Shown here piece after piece: positions 48,398-61,848 of a stretch of 64,000 bases of DNA (its first letter is position 1; each line of letters opens with the position of its first letter). Origin of the DNA: Tubulanus polymorphus (taxonomy: Eukaryota; Animalia; Nemertea); assembly GCF_964204645.1 (NCBI RefSeq), contig NC_134034.1, positions 10,180,962 through 10,244,961 of the forward strand. The letters run 5' to 3'. Below the pieces are notes generated by a model. That model was not told where the DNA came from, did no database searches, and saw nothing but the letters and a program-made list of their open reading frames with translations. The position numbers and the translations under genes were made by a program.

Positions 48398-51300
48398 TTG
48401 CTTCTTTTCTACGTCAGTTATATCTTCCCGGGTCAGTTCCACAGTCACGGCAAACCGAGCTTTATAAACAGAGCCAATCCAACGGTCTAAGCTCATTTTG
48501 GTTCTATGGTCAACTTAAAAAACCGGTCTAAGCTCATTTTGGTTCCATAACTAATCTAAGGGGCAGTCCCGAAAAGACGTCAACGGTCGAGTGGGGGGTC
48601 GTGAACTCTGGACTTGAGAGCACAAGGAGAAGGAGAGTTGTTCGGATGTGGACGTCCTTCTTTTTTCTCGCTTAATTTCCTGTATGCCAGAACAAATCAT
48701 TTAGTCCATTACATGTACGTATGAATATCAAATTGGGTCCATGGTCCAGTGTCACAAAAACTCTTAAAATATCGATTTAATTTCTCCGTTAAATCAGCTT
48801 AAATCCCGATTCCTTTTACGATATCGATATAAGCTTGTCCGTGAAACTGGGCCCAGAGTGTATGATAAACGATTATTTCGCATGACTGGATTTCTGATGT
48901 CTTTGATTGTTTTTTTTTGTCCCACGCACAAGGGGTGGGGGTTAGTGCAATGTGGACAATCTGTGGACATGAGGGAGGTCAAAATTTAGCAATTTTGTTT
49001 GGACGTCGTTTAAGGGCAGCCCCAACCGCTTAACACCAGTCTAAGCTCGTTTTAGTTCTAAAACCGAGCTAACAATTTACGTAAGACCATTCTCAAGACT
49101 TAAGATTACGTTTCGACTATAACTCTCGACTATGAATTACGAAAAAAATCACAACTTATTCACTTACGATATGGCATAATTTGTATATCGATTGTTCTAT
49201 CGGCTGCTGATTTAGGTCTTTTACGGTTTTCTCCGACATCGTTACCCTTTTCGGCATCGGAAGTTTGCTCGACGGTTTGACTACCATCATCACTGTTCTT
49301 CCCACCCAGGCGTAGATTTACGACGTACCGATGAAAGGAGTCGGCAATCGTCGCCACGACAATCAAACCAGCCAAAATTTTCAGCCAAAATCTACAAAAA
49401 AAAGAATCGATCCTACAGTTTGAAAAATGTGTATTAAAATCTTATTAAAATACAATCACAAAGTTGACGAAGACATAATGAACAAATGATACGCATTCGC
49501 CTTTGGTGCCTCAACTTGAAAAGTCTACAGGATTCTGGTGTCAAAAACTTTTTGTGTCAGGCCCATGTGTCGTGATCGTGGGGGTTTCTACGGCGTCAAA
49601 CGTTTTAAGCATATAGCGACTTAAATTAAATCGTTAAATTATTTTGTATTCTATGTGAATGTGGCGTGAAAATGAGTTTGATTGGTGGGCGAACGAGGGC
49701 GGCGCAAAAATCTGATAAACCATTGATAAAGTTCATTTCGGGGCTTTTCAAACAGCTCAAGTTTCTATATACTTACATAAGTAGTTTGTTTGTCGTAAGC
49801 TGTATACGCCGGTTTCGTTCTTTTGCAAGTCGTCGTCAATGTTTTATTGAAACCAAATTGACGAAGTACTAGAAATAAATCGTTGTTCTTTATTTTTAGA
49901 TAGCGAATGCAAACAACAGCCTAGAACTGATCGCTCGGATTATTCACGTACCGTCGTTGGCGATAGTCTGTGTATCGTTCGCCGAACACGATATCGGTAA
50001 ACACGTTCCGAACACCGTCGCTGCGAGTCTCTGAACAAAACGGGGTTTCAATTAAAAGCATCTTTGGAAATAGGGAAGAATAAAATTGTATCATTTAGTG
50101 ATCAATAATGTACAGAATGATGCATATTGATGCATAATTACGCTCGGATCAACTGTTTATCAACGAAATTGCGGATCGAAACGTCGCACGGAGAGCAAAA
50201 ATGTGTGACAGGCAGTAGTGATCAACACATTAGTATTCTATGCGACTGAATTACGGGGCCAAAAATGTTTTCTTCGAAATATGAATATGCATGATATTCA
50301 ACTATATAGGTTACAGGGACTCGTATCAGAGTTGTAGCTAAATGTAAAAACGATAATCTGTTAATCCAATGTATATAGTATATATAAAATAACGTTATTA
50401 CGTTATTTTATATTATATACATTGGATAAACAGATTATCGTTTTTACATTACCTACAACTCTGATACGAGCCCCTGTGATATAGGTTACGACATTTTGTC
50501 GTAACCTAATTGTTGTATCCCCTCTGTTGTATAGGCCAATTGGATGTAACCTACGGCACAATATAGAGATTTTATTGATTTGAATTGAATTGTGTATAAT
50601 TACTTTAGTAGGTCCGAGGCCGGCTATAGACGCGCAGTACTGTGCTGTATCGATTGAATGGCAAAGATCAAAATCGCCGACCCAATGTTCGTTCTGTCCG
50701 TATTTAATCTCGCCGGTAGCACGCAACACTGAAAAAATAATCGCAACAGAATCAACTGTTTCATTCCTTTATTCGCATCCGATAGACTAGAGTACAGGCA
50801 CGGTTATCATGTAAGAAATCGGGCATTTCAGGTAGTGGTGAAAGAGACGGATCAAGAAAGTATATATCACCTTGTCAATGATTTTGTCCAAATTGGATGA
50901 GGTTTATAGAAAATAATACAGATAAAAACCTACTAGTAACTGCCCAACTGGTATTCCGCGCCTTCTGTTCAATTAGCTGCTTGGTGTCACCAGAACAAAC
51001 ATCGGTTATCCTCAAGTTTTTACTCATTGCATTCTTTAAAGCGATTTCGTAAGGTGTCACCATCAATCCGTTTTGAATGAACCAAGACAATTTCGGATCT
51101 ACAGCACGTGCCGAATTGATGGACACCACATGAAGTACAAAGAGTAGCTTCCCAATCAAAAGCTCCATGATATAAGTGACCTACTTCTGTGTCAACATAG
51201 CCTGCTGACTGCAATCCGTGTATAAGATATGTATATTGATTAAACACACGTATTCATCAAATAACAATGTACGTAAAAAACAGGTTGTCCCCGTGTTGTA

Positions 51301-52246
51301 TGGGTCATCTGTCAGCTGCTGTCAGCACGCCGCACTTCTGTTGAGCCTACCATCTATCTAAGTCTTCCAATCTTTTCCGTCTGATGTCCTGTCCTTGTTC
51401 AAAAGAACACATATTATCTCCCATCACCAGCAGTGCCGCCTAGTTGGCTAGATTCAGTTCAAATTCAAGTTCTGATGGACTTTGTTCGGTATTTAGACTT
51501 GCAGTGTTACTTATTTGGTGGTGCTGACACCTACTATATCGTTCTTGTACTAGCAGGTTAGTTGTAGTCGACGCTCAAGATTCAGGTTTTATGGCAAAGA
51601 TCATTATCGCCGACCCAATGTTCGTTTGTTTTATCCGTACTTTATCTCACCGGAACACTGAAAAAGTAATCGTAGCTTGGGATAACCAGAGTTATGATAA
51701 AACGAGTTTTCTGATGGGTGAAGCCACTAAATCCATTTTTGCGAAGGCAAATGGCCCAAAGATTTTGCGGTTCTATGAACGCTAGTAATCGGGGTAATGG
51801 GCTTTCAAGCCAAAGGTCGAACGGTCGAGCTCATAAAAAATGAAAAACATGAAAATAATAACAATTTCTACTTGAATTAGTCGGGAAACTCATAAAAAAT
51901 GAAAAATAATTCTCACACACTCGAATTTATTTTTCATTTTTACTCGCTAGAAAAAAGTGTGAGTAAAGTGTGAGTGAAATAAATTCGAGCGCGCAAGAAT
52001 TATTTTTCATTTTTTATGAGTTTCACTCCTAATTCAAGTAGAAATTGTTATTATTTTCATGCTTTTCATTTTTAATGAACTCGACCATTCAACCTTTAAC
52101 CTGAAAGCCCATTACCCCTATTACTCTTAAAATATTCATATACATGAATAAAATATATATGAATAACATATAAATTGATAGATTATTCAATATAAAAGTG
52201 TGAGTGAAATAATTCATATTTAAAACAGTGAATATTTATATTTGAA

Positions 52247-52895
52247 TGAGTTTTAATAAAAGTTTTGTTATAAAAATGAAGAAAGAAGAGAAGAACCCAA
52301 CTTTAAAATCGAAATCAATGAAACCAATAAATCATTTTCACAGTTTTACATTAAAAATTATATTTCAGCAACAAATTTAGTGCCCGCAAGACATTATAAA
52401 ATCGATAACATAACTATGATTAATCAAATATTATCAAATGAAACATATTTAATTACTGAACTAGTAGATACTTTTGATAATGGTGTTAAAAATCCTAAAG
52501 TATTCAATACAGTTTTAAATTTTAAAGGAACTTTAGATGAAAACATAATTAATATTCTTAAAACTCCTTTCAATGAAAGAAATAATGATATAATACTTTC
52601 AAAAGATTACAATGATTTGATTAACTTAAGAATTGAAAAAAGACAATTATATTATTTCAATTTTGATAATAAACAAATTATCTATAACGAAAATTCATCA
52701 AATATTGGCATTCAATGTGAATTAGATAATGAAAAATCATTTAAAGATATTGCAGTTCAATGTAAATTAGATGATGAATTTAGAAAATTCAATCCTAATG
52801 TGAAAGTGCATTGTTATTGCGGAGGTAAATATTTAAAATCACATAAATCAAAGCAATATGAAGCAATTAAACATAAAAACTGGCGTAAAGAGTAA
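52247..52895 (+). pseudogene. Left-arm copy of ORF216 with 1-bp deletion near codon 15
   Basis: GAAGAGAAGAA vs GAAGAAGAAGAA in the mirror copy; otherwise near-identical to 53082-53732. Confidence 0.75.
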
Positions 52896-53081
52896 CAATT
52901 CTACATTATAATTATTGAATTGAGTTAAATGATTTAAATATCTAATAGACTGTTACAATGATAAATTGTTTGACAGTTGAAATGATAAATTGTTTGACAG
53001 TTGAAATGATATTTATCATTTTAACAGTCTATTAGATATTTAAATCATTTAACTCAATTCAATAATTATAATGTAGAATTG

Positions 53082-53732
53082 TTACTCTTTACGCCAGTTT
53101 TTATGTTTAATTGCTTCATATTGCTTTGATTTATGTGATTTTAAATATTTACCTCCGCAATAACAATGCACTTTCACATTAGGATTGAATTTTCTAAATT
53201 CATCATCTAATTTACATTGAACTGCAATATCTTTAAATGATTTTTCATTATCTAATTCACATTGAATGCCAATATTTGATGAATTTTCGTTATAGATAAT
53301 TTGTTTATTATCAAAATTGAAATAATATAATTGTCTTTTTTCAATTCTTAAGTTAATCAAATCATTGTAATCTTTTGAAAGTATTATATCATTATTTCTT
53401 TCATTGAAAGGAGTTTTAAGAATATTAATTATGTTTTCATCTAAAGTTCCTTTAAAATTTAAAACTGTATTGAATACTTTAGGATTTTTAACACCATTAT
53501 CAAAAGTATCTACTAGTTCAGTAATTAAATATGTTTCATTTGATAATATTTGATTAATCATAGTTATGTTATCGATTTTATAATGTCTTGCGGGCACTAA
53601 ATTTGTTGCTGAAATATAATTTTTAATGTAAAACTGTAAAAATGATTTATTGGTTTCATTGATTTCGATTTTAAAGTTGGGTTCTTCTTCTTCTTTCTTC
53701 ATTTTTATAACAAAACTTTTATTAAAACTCAT
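53082..53732 (-). CDS. Element-2 ORF216, homolog of element-1 ORF214 with divergent C-terminus
   Basis: First ~160 aa nearly identical to ORF214; ends CYCGGKYLKSHKSKQYEAIKH... Confidence 0.75.
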   Translation of the reverse strand: MSFNKSFVIKMKKEEEEPNFKIEINETNKSFLQFYIKNYISATNLVPARHYKIDNITMINQILSNETYLITELVDTFDNGVKNPKVFNTVLNFKGTLDENIINILKTPFNERNNDIILSKDYNDLINLRIEKRQLYYFNFDNKQIIYNENSSNIGIQCELDNEKSFKDIAVQCKLDDEFRKFNPNVKVHCYCGGKYLKSHKSKQYEAIKHKNWRKE

Positions 53733-56481
53733 TCAAATATAAATATTCACTGTTTTAAATATGAATTATTTCACTCACACTTTTATATTGAATAATCTAT
53801 CAATTTATATGTTATTCATATATATTTTATTCATGTATATGAATATTTTAAGAGTAATAGGGGTAATGGGCTTTCAGGTTAAAGGTTGAATGGTCGAGTT
53901 CATTAAAAATGAAAAGCATGAAAATAATAACAATTTCTACTTGAATTAGGAGTGAAACTCATAAAAAATGAAAAATAATTCTTGCGCGCTCGAATTTATT
54001 TCACTCACACTTTACTCACACTTTTTTCTAGCGAGTAAAAATGAAAAATAAATTCGAGTGTGTGAGAATTATTTTTCATTTTTTATGAGTTTCCCGACTA
54101 ATTCAAGTAGAAATTGTTATTATTTTCATGTTTTTCATTTTTTATGAGCTCGACCGTTCGACCTTTGGCTTGAAAGCCCATTACCCCTATTACTAACGCT
54201 TTTGCTGATGTTTGTGATACCACATTTATAAAGAACAGAATTTAATGATCACTATAATATTGTATTTCATTCAGAGGAAATATTTGTTCGATTGAAAAAG
54301 GGAGCGCGAACTCGTGATGGAAATGAATTAGGCATTATATCAAAAATATAAAATATGAAATTCACTCTATAAAAATAAAACACTTTAAAAAAACCTTATG
54401 CGCTTAGATGGTCCTTGTCAATCAACGTGATTACGAGATTGGAATCATAGGAGTGATTAATAGGACTCGCAAAGCAAGTAAGATAGCGAGGATAGATGTT
54501 GCGCAGACGCCGGTTGTCATTGAGCCATTATCAGTTTCCGAGTTTCCATCCGATGTCGAATTTACATTATCAATAGCCCCAGGACCCGAACCCATCCGGC
54601 GAGTGCCGGTGATAGATCGCTTTCTGATCACCGATCAATTCAAATCAATCAAATTACATTTCAATCGGTTCTGGAATACATCCAAGAGTGATATCCGTCG
54701 CTTTCTTATCTTGAAATAGGGATTGACCGGGATTGACCCTCTTAAATTTATTTGATCGGTAAATTCCGTTTGATTTTTTGCCGTTAGCGTCCCTAACAAA
54801 CCCACCACACCTGCCGGGAGCGAAACTGGGGGTTTAATTTTGAAATCGGAAATCGAAGTACAGATCGTGTATAGTGTGGATCAGCAGTCGAGTTACAGAA
54901 TCTTTTCTTTTTGTTTAAATCGAAAAGTCGGCTTTTAACGATCCCACTGAGGCCAACATTAGACAAGATCCTTGGTACGTTATGGACACATTTCCCCCAA
55001 ACCATCTCTTTCTTTACCCCCAGAGACTACTGCAGTCATTGAAGACGATGCTGAACAAGATGCTTGAAAATATAGCTCATCGTCAATGATTTCAAGAATT
55101 TTCTGGGTTTTTTTTCATCGACGTTTGATGGGTTTACTATGTCAATTTGCAAGTATTATGAGATTCAGATTACATAAAATTTTGTCGTTTTAAAACATTT
55201 GAACACAATACGCAGGGCCGACGATTACAAGTTGACATTGACCCAGCTCTCAACCACACAAAAATATCGTACCATTTTTCTTTTCTTCCCGGGAGAATTC
55301 TTTTCGAAATTGTTGCATTTAGAAGGCTCCGGGGCTATTTGAGACCGATCATAATGTTTGAGACGCAGCTGCATCACAAGCCTAAATACCTTTTCAGGTA
55401 TGGGAGCTGGCCTATAGCTACGGTTTAACGTTAGCCCCTCCGCCGGCGCTATGGGCGTCATGTGTCATGCGAAATTCAACGCGAAATTGCGTAATCTTAC
55501 TTTCATCCAATTTTTTTCGCCAAAAAATCTTTGTTTGTTTTGGCCACCGCGGTATCTAAATCATTTCATCCCCATTCGATTCGTCCGAATGCGTGCGTGA
55601 AGATGGTTGAAAATGAGTTAGCAGTGTATGAGTCAGCGCGATCGATGCGCGGTTGCATCCCGGAAAAGGGCTGCAGCATCTTTCCATCACAAGCAGAGAG
55701 GAGGAGGGAGAGAGGGGAGAGATGAGGCAGTACTGTGCGTACGGTATGTCAGCAACGTAGGCCTACGGTATTTGATCAACTGCGTGTGCTCAGTGATAAA
55801 CATGTACGGTTTTTATCTTTTTAGAACGCAGTACTAAACTTTCCGGTATCGATCCGGCTGATATTTCTAGGTGAATGTATGGGGCTGTACTGAAAATAGT
55901 GCCTTAGATTACAGGTTATATATTGAAGATTTATTCCAAAGAGACCACGTACAGACTGGTACAAGGAACTATAATGATACTCACAAGGTAGGATACAGCT
56001 TGTACATGTCGACCGAGATTCGCTAATTAGAGACACCAACAATGTTTTTATCGACTTTTTTCATTCGATTGAACACGTGCGTTGTATATGTAGGTATATA
56101 CGTAGGCTACAACACTCCTCAACAATCGCCGTGCATTTAGTATTGACTCAAACAATAGATAGAGGATGTACGCCTAGGCAAACGAGGTAAAGCTCCCCTC
56201 CCCCTCCCCTGGAAATCCCAAGAAATATAGGGGATAACAATTTGTGTTTCGTGCACAAAGTACATAGTAATTAGTATGTAACGCTTTGAGCTTACCCATC
56301 CCCTACCCCTGTACCGGACCCCTTATCATATACTTACTAATTTGGGTTGGGGTTGAGCTTTATATGTCATATCTATCCGCGTATTTCAATGCTTATCTTT
56401 ATGTTCATGTAGTGAGGTCGATCGTATTGTGACTTTTTGTGTGTTCACAAGATTAATACGTGCTTTAACCGTTCGTAGGAG

Positions 56482-58739
56482 ATGAAGTGCAAAACCCGCA
56501 CTGTAGCCGTCATACCGCCGCTGCTGCTAGTTGCGGGTTTGCTGTGGATGACGTTTAGGCACCCCCGACGCCCGCGGCCGGCGCTCAGATGGTGCTCCGA
56601 CGAAGAGGACCTAAGGGACGCGGCGCTGTTCAAATGGGATCGAAATGGCTGGAATAGAACTGATACCGATTTGGTAACTGCCGCAGACGTGTCGATCCCC
56701 GATATACGCGAGAAGATCGTCTACAAGAACTGCGCGGCGTTTTACGTCGAAGGAGCTAGTGAAAATATCCTGCCGCTGCTGAGGGAGGCAGAAACGGCCG
56801 CGCGGAGACCGCAGCGCTCGACTGAGGAATATTTGAAAATGACTTGCGACTGTAATGCGTTTAGACGCGATAGGAAGTATATTTTACACCCGCTGACAGA
56901 AACTGAACGCCAGTTCCCGATCGCGTTCAGTATACTTATCTACGCAGACCTGGAACGTTTTGAACGCCTGCTCAGAATGATCTACCGACCTCAGAATTAC
57001 TATTGCGTGCACGTCGACGCGAAATCGTCTGCCGAGTTCATGGCAGCCGTCAGAGGTATCAGCGACTGTTTCCCGAACGTGTTTCTATCGCCGGAACGTT
57101 ACGACGTTGTGTGGGGTAAACTGAGCGTACTGCAGCCGGAAATAAGCTGTATGAAACAATTGCTTATAATGGGTAAATCGTGGAAATACTTTATCAATCT
57201 CACCGGCCAGGAGGCTCCGCTGAAAACGAATTTTGAACTGGTCAATATTCTGAAAACGTACAACGGAGCCAACGACGTTGAGAAACTGATATCTAGGTAA
57301 ACACTTATTCATGAATTGTACGTATCAGAGGCGAATCTTAAATAGAGCGTCTGATTCGGGGAGGGGTGCACCTTAAAATAGGGCGTATCATAATCATATT
57401 AATAGGTTTTATAGTTTTTATATAGTTTTTCAGCTATTTTAAGTTTAATATTTTCCCTTTCCCCGCGAGATTTCAGGGCAAGTTGACATTACTGGGGGCA
57501 AGGTTCGGTACCCCTGCACCCTCCTCATAATTTGAGTTAATGTTCGGAAGGGCTGACTTAAAGGTATTCCTGTTATCTATAGTTTCTAAGTTTTCTTTTC
57601 ACAGAAATGCCCCGGAACGTTATGCCGAGCGCATGAAGGAACTACCACTACCGGAGGGCGTTAGGGTTGTGAAAGGCGCAGTGCACGTGGTCTTGTCGAG
57701 GGGATTCGTCGAGTTCACCACGCATGCGCCGGTCGCCAAGTACTTATATAACTGGTTCAGCGAGACGGCGATACCGGACGAGTATTTCTTCGCTACATTG
57801 AATCATAACCCACAGCTTGGAGCGCCCGGCGCTTACACTGGTGAGTATATCCATATTAATTCCGTCTACAGGGGTATTTACAGTTTTGGACCCTGTGTGT
57901 TCAAGGTTGGTCTGCGAGCTTGCATGGCTATGACCAACCTTTCAAGATCACCCTTCTTCGACTATTGCCCTATAGATACATACAGTCATTTTGGAATATG
58001 GCGTTGGTAGTTGATTTTCGATTCGAAAGGTGAAGTGCTGAAAACATGTGAAGTGTGGACGGTCAGTTTTTGAATGTGTGCTGAAAAAATGCCTTATATT
58101 TGGTGTTTGTAGTAATTTCGATAAAAAATGTCTCCGTTCGAATCCTGAATACGTGTGAAGTGTGAACGATCCAAAATTGGTCAAAATGGTGCTTAAGTCG
58201 CCCGGGTCAATCACCAAGTTAAAATCTCTCGTATCGATTCATTTCCTTGTGAATTTAGTTGAAATCGGATCGAGAAGGTACCGGTACTCGATTACCAGGC
58301 TATAATTTCAATCAAAAAATCCCCGGGGGGACAATCCGAACGATGATAAACTGTTGAACGTCCGAAGGCGATTGCAGATAGAATAACTATGTCCGGCAAA
58401 TAAATGTCTCTTAATTTTCCTTCAGGTAAAGTTCACGAGACCGACCCGGTGAAGTTACCATTTATGGCGAGATTCAAAAACTGGGGAGAATACCCATGCT
58501 CTGCGAATTTCTGGTTGAGATGGATATGCATTCTTACAGCCGGTGATCTTCCGACGCTTTCTCACCGTCCGGAACTGTTCGCCAATAAATTCTTGTGGCA
58601 TTTTTCGCCGGTCGGATTCGACTGTCTGGAAGAGTTGTATTTCAATCGGACACGCGATCAGTGGGCGAAGGGTCTATCGGCTAGCGCGATAGATTTGTCC
58701 TACTATAAGTCGTTAGATAACGTGTCCAATCACGTTTAA
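56482..58739 (+). CDS. GCNT: Beta-1,6-N-acetylglucosaminyltransferase (core-2/I-branching, GT14), copy 1, ~454 aa
   Basis: Exons 56482-57296, 57605-57840, 58426-58739 (1365 nt, in frame). Type II TM anchor; motifs FPIAFSIL, LLRMIYRPQNYYCVHVDAKS, WKYFINLTGQE.PLKTN.ELV, PDEYFFATLN, LFANKF. Confidence 0.92.
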
Positions 58740-58902
58740 GGCGGTTTCATCGATGGTCCGCTAGGTGGTGTTGCTAGTCGGAATAACTTCCCACCAAACG
58801 ATGACCAGTGTCATCGGCTATCCCACCAAAGGGGCGTGTTGCAACTAATCAAAATCTATGTTAATTTGTTATGACGCGTGACTAGGAATTTGGCGAATCA
58901 GA

Positions 58903-59230
58903 GGCGCGTTTGTTTGAAATCGGTTTGTAGAAACTGGTGTATATCGGTTTATTGCGTCATAAACCCATTTGCTGTAGTGTGAACAAATGCGACGTTACGA
59001 AAAGTCATTTTGAGTCAGCCGACCGCGGAAATCTCCTTATTCGGCCATGTTGGAAAAGACGGTTAGATGTTACAAACCGCTCGCAAACCGGTTTAGTCGG
59101 TTTACGCAAACCGTTTAGGTTGACGCCTAAACGAAGTTTGAGACGCCGGGTTTATGTAAACCGGTATGGACAAAGTCGATTTTCCTACAAACCTAAACGG
59201 TTTGCGCGAACCGATTTCAAACAAATACGC
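58903..59230. mobile_element. MITE-like fold-back element
   Basis: GCGTTTGTTTGAAATCGGTT ... AACCGATTTCAAACAAATACGC. Confidence 0.55.
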
Positions 59231-60811
59231 AACATTGTCCACGATTGCTATCAGTCGACTGCGGAGGAATCCTTAAATGCTACAGCTTGTTTTTGGCAAT
59301 GACTGTTACGCAGTAAAGAACTTCGTTACAACGTTCTTTGATACAACGATTGATCAGTTTTTGCGGACTAAGAAGTATTACATTCCGATTTATTGCGTTA
59401 ATTATAACGATTTAATTCCATTTAAAATGGAGCTAATAATACAATTTCTACCATTGTCTTAACATATTATATTTTGCCAATTAATTTAATTTACATTAAT
59501 GTAATTGATTTAATAAATTTTATGTTGTACGAATATTTAATGTACTGTCTCATTCTCTTGGACACTATGTTTCCAGGCCAGTCTTATCGGTCTCTTAAAA
59601 ACCGCAATGCACACGGAAAGGATAAACCTTTTGAATTTGTTTGTTTTGCCGTATGCATTGGGCGGATACGAGTGTGATGTCTAAGAAATCGCCAAACCCA
59701 GGACATGAGCGCCTAAAGTGTGGGTCGAACAGGTTTGGGAAATATCTACACCTACTTTCATGGTATTTGGAGCGATCTTAAGAGGATAAAAACGTTAATT
59801 TCGCTCACTTATGAGTCAGAAAAAATGACAAATTAGGGGTTTTGAAAAAGGAGTTCGTTTTTACAACCTTACCCCATCGACCTCCCCTCTCTGACACCTA
59901 CTTCTCTGCCCTCTAGAAAGTCTCTCTTGAGCGCTCTGTTCTCGTCTGAGAGTAGATGTGACTTGGATCCATTCCCCCACAACCACGGCACCCGTATTTA
60001 AATATTGGGGGTGAATAGTAGCTTAGATCATCCAGTATCGCACGTATTATTGGATACGGTACGTTCCAAGCTACTAATCACCCAAACGTAGTCCCTGTGA
60101 CCCCCGAAAGACGAGATCACGGCTAGAATCTCGTGCCGGGATTGATGATCGTCGGTGATGTATGCGGAACATTGCGGACTGCAACTCGGACGCGTTTGTC
60201 GCGTATTTTTTATGATCGTTTCTAATTTCCGGTGATCAGACAGGCAGTGAGACCGCAGGTGAGTACGCTTATTACGCACGGCAGTAATATATCGATTGAC
60301 GCCCCTTTCAAATTAGGGTCGCAGATGTATTTTACCTTGTATGACAAATTAAATGGTGAAGCTCGTTTTGAAATATCTCCAGCAGATTGAGAATAGTTTT
60401 GATATTTACCTACCCGTATTTTGCTGTTTTTATGGGTTTGACTAAAATCCGGTTATTGGCCTCGGATTTGGAATCGATTTTTTGCGTGAAATTATCGATA
60501 ATCAGTAGACCCCACGGGATATGTATGATGCCACATTTTCAACCTAATTCCAGGTCTATTCAAACATAAAATGTCTATATGGCCTTTTAACATTGATTCC
60601 CAGTCAAACGGGTGGATTCGTTATTCAGATATATATTATATATTTATAATAAATCGGAATGTAATACTTCTTAGTCCGCAAAAACTGATCAATCGTTGTA
60701 TCAAAGAACGTTGTAACGAAGTTCTTTACTGCGTAACAGTCATTGCCAAAAACAAGCTGTAGCATTTAAGGATTCCTCCGCAGTCGACTGATAGCAATCG
60801 TGGACAATGTT
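59231..60811. mobile_element. 1.58-kb element with apparently perfect 164-bp TIRs
   Basis: 59231-59394 is the reverse complement of 60648-60811; no TSD or coding capacity seen. Confidence 0.7.
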
Positions 60812-61848
60812 TAATCTTAATTAGTTATAGCGAGTCGACTGAACGTAAGTAGGCCTAGGTGAAATATATTGATTGATCGATTTTTTTTTAAATATATGAA
60901 TTTTCATAAAGAAAAGGGGGCCTATATCAATCGGATCAGGCTCTTGTAATCTGGGATACCATATTTAGCCTACCCCGAATTGGGATACTTTCATCATGCT
61001 AGTTTCATCAGCCTGATTCTAAGAGCTCAATGATGCCCTGTCGCCGTATAGATTCACTCAGTGGGTGGTCATAATGACCATAAAAAAGAAAAATGAATTG
61101 AAAGAAATAGGCTGTTTATCATGTCTGCAGTTATAACAGGCTTGATTTACACAGTGATCTCATCAGAGTACCGGGTAGAAGGAAATATGTTGGACTATGT
61201 TTTGGTTCGGCGCTGCATATGGACAGGTCGTGTTGACTGAATTGGGTCGAGCGGGGATCATAGAACTCAAAACATAGAACTCAAATATCAAATTTTTGAT
61301 TTGAGTTCTGTCTGGATTGACTTTTTGAATCTATACGTGTTTATGCTCTACCGTTCGCAGGTGGCATCAGACCACAATTAGGTTAGTAGTTCGAAATATG
61401 CGTAGGGCCGGACCCCAAAAATAGTACCTAGAGTGAAGAAGAGGTCCCCCATAAATGTTGCTATAATTTCTGCAAATGGGATAGGTAACGAATTTCGGTT
61501 ATATGTATGAAAGCCATTGATCCTGAGAGACAGATCGATGATGAAATAAGGGATTCCCTGGACTTTTTTTGCTTGGATTAAGGGTACCACACACGTTGGG
61601 GGATTCCCTTAGATATTGTGCTCGGATGTACTGGCATGTCTGTAATGGATACCCCTCATTTCTAAAGGTTTGATTATTTCAAAAGTAAGGTTGGGTATGC
61701 ATGGGGCGAAAACCACTTCAATGCGTAGCTAAGATGCTGGCCGATGAGCCATAAGCAGGATTTCGCTTATATATGAACTAAACTCTCGAATTTCTTGTTT
61801 TTACTATAGGATATAGACGATTTTGGAATAGTGGTCTGAGCTCAGGTG

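Larger units (their letters stand above)
51784..54194. mobile_element. Non-autonomous Polinton-ended palindromic element (element 2, 2411 bp)
   Basis: Same AGTAAT.GGGGTAAT termini as element 1; 6-bp TSD AACGCT at 51778-51783 and 54195-54200; arms 51784-52966 and 53011-54194 around a 44-bp spacer. Confidence 0.9.

Noticed and set aside
54408-55837. Short ORFs between element 2 and GCNT copy 1
   Set aside because: No recognisable motifs or consistent exon structure; probably intergenic or 5' UTR/promoter sequence.
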